Shown here in pieces: positions 61,708-64,000 of a DNA stretch of 64,000 nucleotides. The notes beneath the pieces were generated by a model. The model saw only the letters and a list, made by a program, of their open reading frames with translations, was not told the DNA's origin and did no database searches. The stretch lies in contig OZ240241.1 in the NCBI GenBank assembly GCA_965198115.1, positions 6,400,001-6,464,000 on the forward strand, written 5' to 3'. Each line of letters opens with the position of its first letter. Position 1 is the first letter of the stretch. Position numbers and translations under genes: made by a program. The stretch is from Candidatus Latescibacterota bacterium. Its GTDB lineage: Bacteria > Latescibacterota > UBA2968.

Positions 61708-62578
61708 CTATTGCAGCGTCACCACACCCTTGATGTACGTCTCATCCCCTCCAACGATTTTCTCCATCAGTCCGGGATACTCCTCCAACGTTGCCGTGTG
61801 GGTAACGAGCGGCCTCAGGTCGATGATGCCTTGATGGATGAGGCGGATCGCAGGGCCGAAGGTCTCGCGGATCTTGGACGCGGAGGCCGAGTTGACGACG
61901 GTGAATCCTCCGAGGTGCCACTTGGTCGGGTCGAACATGGCCGTTTGACCCTTGATCCACCCGAAGAGGTTGATTTTCCCGCCACGCTTGACGATGTCGG
62001 TGGCGAGGTCGAGACCCGCCTGGCTGCCGGATGTGTCGACGACGACGTCGCGAAGCGCCAGTTTGCGCTACGAGATCGAGACGGCTCTGGACGATATCGA
62101 TGGCGATCAGATCATCAAGTGGAGAGTGGACGAGTCCTTGCAGGATGAGCTGCCCCATAAAACCGCATCCGATGAGAGCAATGCGGTCGCCGGGCTTGAT
62201 CTGGCAATGATCGAGGCCAGTCACAGCGCACGAGACGGGTTCGACGATCCAGTATTCGTCAGGCAGGTCGGATTCAGGAATCTTGTGGGTGCGTTCGGCT
62301 GACAAGTTGCGTGTGGTGGAGAACCCGCCGCCGGCGACGCGATCACCTTCCTTCAGGCCGTCCACTTCGGCACCGACCTTGGACACGTAGCCGACGCCCT
62401 CGTGGCCGGGTGGTGCTACGGGGCTCATCTGGCCCTTCAGTTTGACCGTTGCGATGTCCCAAGAGCAGATGCCGCACGCGCCGCCTGCGATTTGTATTTC
62501 ACCGGGGCCTGGATCCGGAACGGCCTTTTCGATTAGTTCGATACTTCCATCATTCAGATAGCGAAGCGTGTTGGCCAC
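61708..62578 (-). pseudogene. Zn-dependent alcohol dehydrogenase (MDR), frameshifted or with an internal deletion
   Basis: CGICSWD, GHEGVG, IGCGFMG; C-terminal LRPLVTH...IKGV in another frame. Confidence 0.75.
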
Positions 62579-62788
62579 GGTCTTCTCCTGTTTGTAGCGC
62601 GGCCCTATGTCAAATAGAACCTGATTTGCCGCATTAAAACCTGGGGAACTACAAATGAACACGAATGGGAGACTCTCGATGCTCGAGACCCTATTCGGGG
62701 ATTAAGATTCTAGTAGCCGGAACTTGGATTCGCCACATCGATGACAACTGGTTGCACGTGTGGCCTAGAATAGACGATTTACCAGCTG

Positions 62789-64000
62789 TCAGGATGCTGT
62801 GGTCACGTAGATGGGGCTGCTCCAGGCACGTTGCTGATCGATCTGGGTGACGCGCACCCAGTATGCGTGTTCTCCCTCGAGGGGTGCGCTGTCGGTGTGA
62901 GACAGCTTGGCGAATATGGGCGATGACTCGGACGGCGCGGGGCCGATTTCGATACGCCGGTTCAACCCGCCGACCTCAGCGCGATGAACATCCTCGCGAA
63001 TTCGATCGAGCGAGACCGAGAAACCGGCAGGTTCGGTCGCGATCTCCAGGGTTCCGTCGCCTGTAGCAGTGAACGTGAAGCCCATATCGTTACCCGCCGT
63101 CGCCGATGTCCAGGTGATGTGATTGCCCTCGTGGTGAATCCTGTCGATGACGCCCTGCAGGCCAACTGGCTCGACGCGGTCGATCGTGCCATTCTCCATT
63201 CGAAGCGAGCCGTCCCAGATCTGTCGTTGCGCGGCAGCCGTTCCGCGCTCTTCTGCCCCTCCCCAGAGAAGACGAAGTCGAGCCGAGTCTTTTTGCGCGA
63301 CGTGCCACTCGTGGATCACCTGCGTGTCGCGAAGCAGTTCGACGCGCTCGATCGGCGCCGTGCCCTCAATCCGAACGTTGACAGTCGGATCGTCCTTGCA
63401 CGCGATGACGGACCCCATCGGATGGCCGTCGATTTTGACTTCGAGGAGTATGCGAGCGCCGGTCGTTCCGTAGCAGTGACGAGCGAAGAAGCCGTCCGCG
63501 ACGGCTCGCTGGTTGAGTGTGTTCGCACGCACGGCTGTGAGCCCATTTCTGACGTTTCGCGTGACGCGTCGACCGGGTCCGCACGCGCCGGGACGTCCCA
63601 TCACGCCATCGGTACCTGCGGTCACTCCGACCTTGTAACCCCGTTCGATGGCGTCGAAGACGAACCACTCGGACGTGGCGTGGGTCGAGTGGATTTCGAA
63701 GAGTGGCTCGATCTCGGGCGCGTGCCACTCGAGGTTGGTCGGCCGTCCACCGACGTGGAGGTTGAGGAACAGGTCCTCTTTGCGGAAGACGTCGAGGAAT
63801 TCGGGTGCACGTGGCAGATCCGGCTCCGGGTCGGGTTCCCGCACTTCATAAAAGCGGCCGGACCGTCTCATCCTCGGTTCATCCGTGAGGTAGAGGACGT
63901 TGCGATCGCCCCCATCGACGGTGGGAGGGCTCCATTCGCAGCCGAGGTAGGCGAGGAATTCACCCGGTGCATCGTGACGTGGCGTGACGTCGCGGACGTG
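62789..64000 (-). CDS. DUF3604-like PHP-fold protein (partial, runs off the window)
   Basis: HVGGR, EIHSTH, AGTDG, GLTAV, CYGTTG, AWSSPI. Confidence 0.75.
   Translation of the reverse strand, partial: HVRDVTPRHDAPGEFLAYLGCEWSPPTVDGGDRNVLYLTDEPRMRRSGRFYEVREPDPEPDLPRAPEFLDVFRKEDLFLNLHVGGRPTNLEWHAPEIEPLFEIHSTHATSEWFVFDAIERGYKVGVTAGTDGVMGRPGACGPGRRVTRNVRNGLTAVRANTLNQRAVADGFFARHCYGTTGARILLEVKIDGHPMGSVIACKDDPTVNVRIEGTAPIERVELLRDTQVIHEWHVAQKDSARLRLLWGGAEERGTAAAQRQIWDGSLRMENGTIDRVEPVGLQGVIDRIHHEGNHITWTSATAGNDMGFTFTATGDGTLEIATEPAGFSVSLDRIREDVHRAEVGGLNRRIEIGPAPSESSPIFAKLSHTDSAPLEGEHAYWVRVTQIDQQRAWSSPIYVTTAS

Overview
GC-rich bacterial window. It holds 8 PhyH-family dioxygenases, 3 sulfatases and a DxDGDGxV dockerin/EF-hand-like domain, which suggests a Latescibacterota/Poribacteria-like organism (inference). 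The most notable part is 3995-10995, an atypical integron-like locus. Five attC-like hairpins separate single-gene cassettes (GNAT, serine hydrolase, MBL-fold hydrolase, MotA-like). A putative attI lies at ~9919-9956, just downstream of a co-oriented tyrosine recombinase that lacks the IntI-specific insertion. All five sites share a non-canonical fold (6/3-nt asymmetric loop, no bulged bases, extended outer stems). IS630 and IS256 are inserted in the array, and the recombinase is 5'-truncated by a structured ~290-bp element, possibly an IS110 end. The rest is mostly metabolic: an ArsR-CadA-Ni/Co metal operon, ISAzo13, GGT, SelA-like, CapA, AKR, UxuA, glycoside hydrolase-like genes and an ABC-2 exporter. 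Two unusual fusions occur: an ECF sigma factor with a Rho RNA-binding domain, and an integrase SAM-like domain with GAF-PP2C. Several REP-like repeat families are present. Many single-base frameshifts suggest assembly errors or gene decay. All calls come from motif recognition by eye; no database searches were run.
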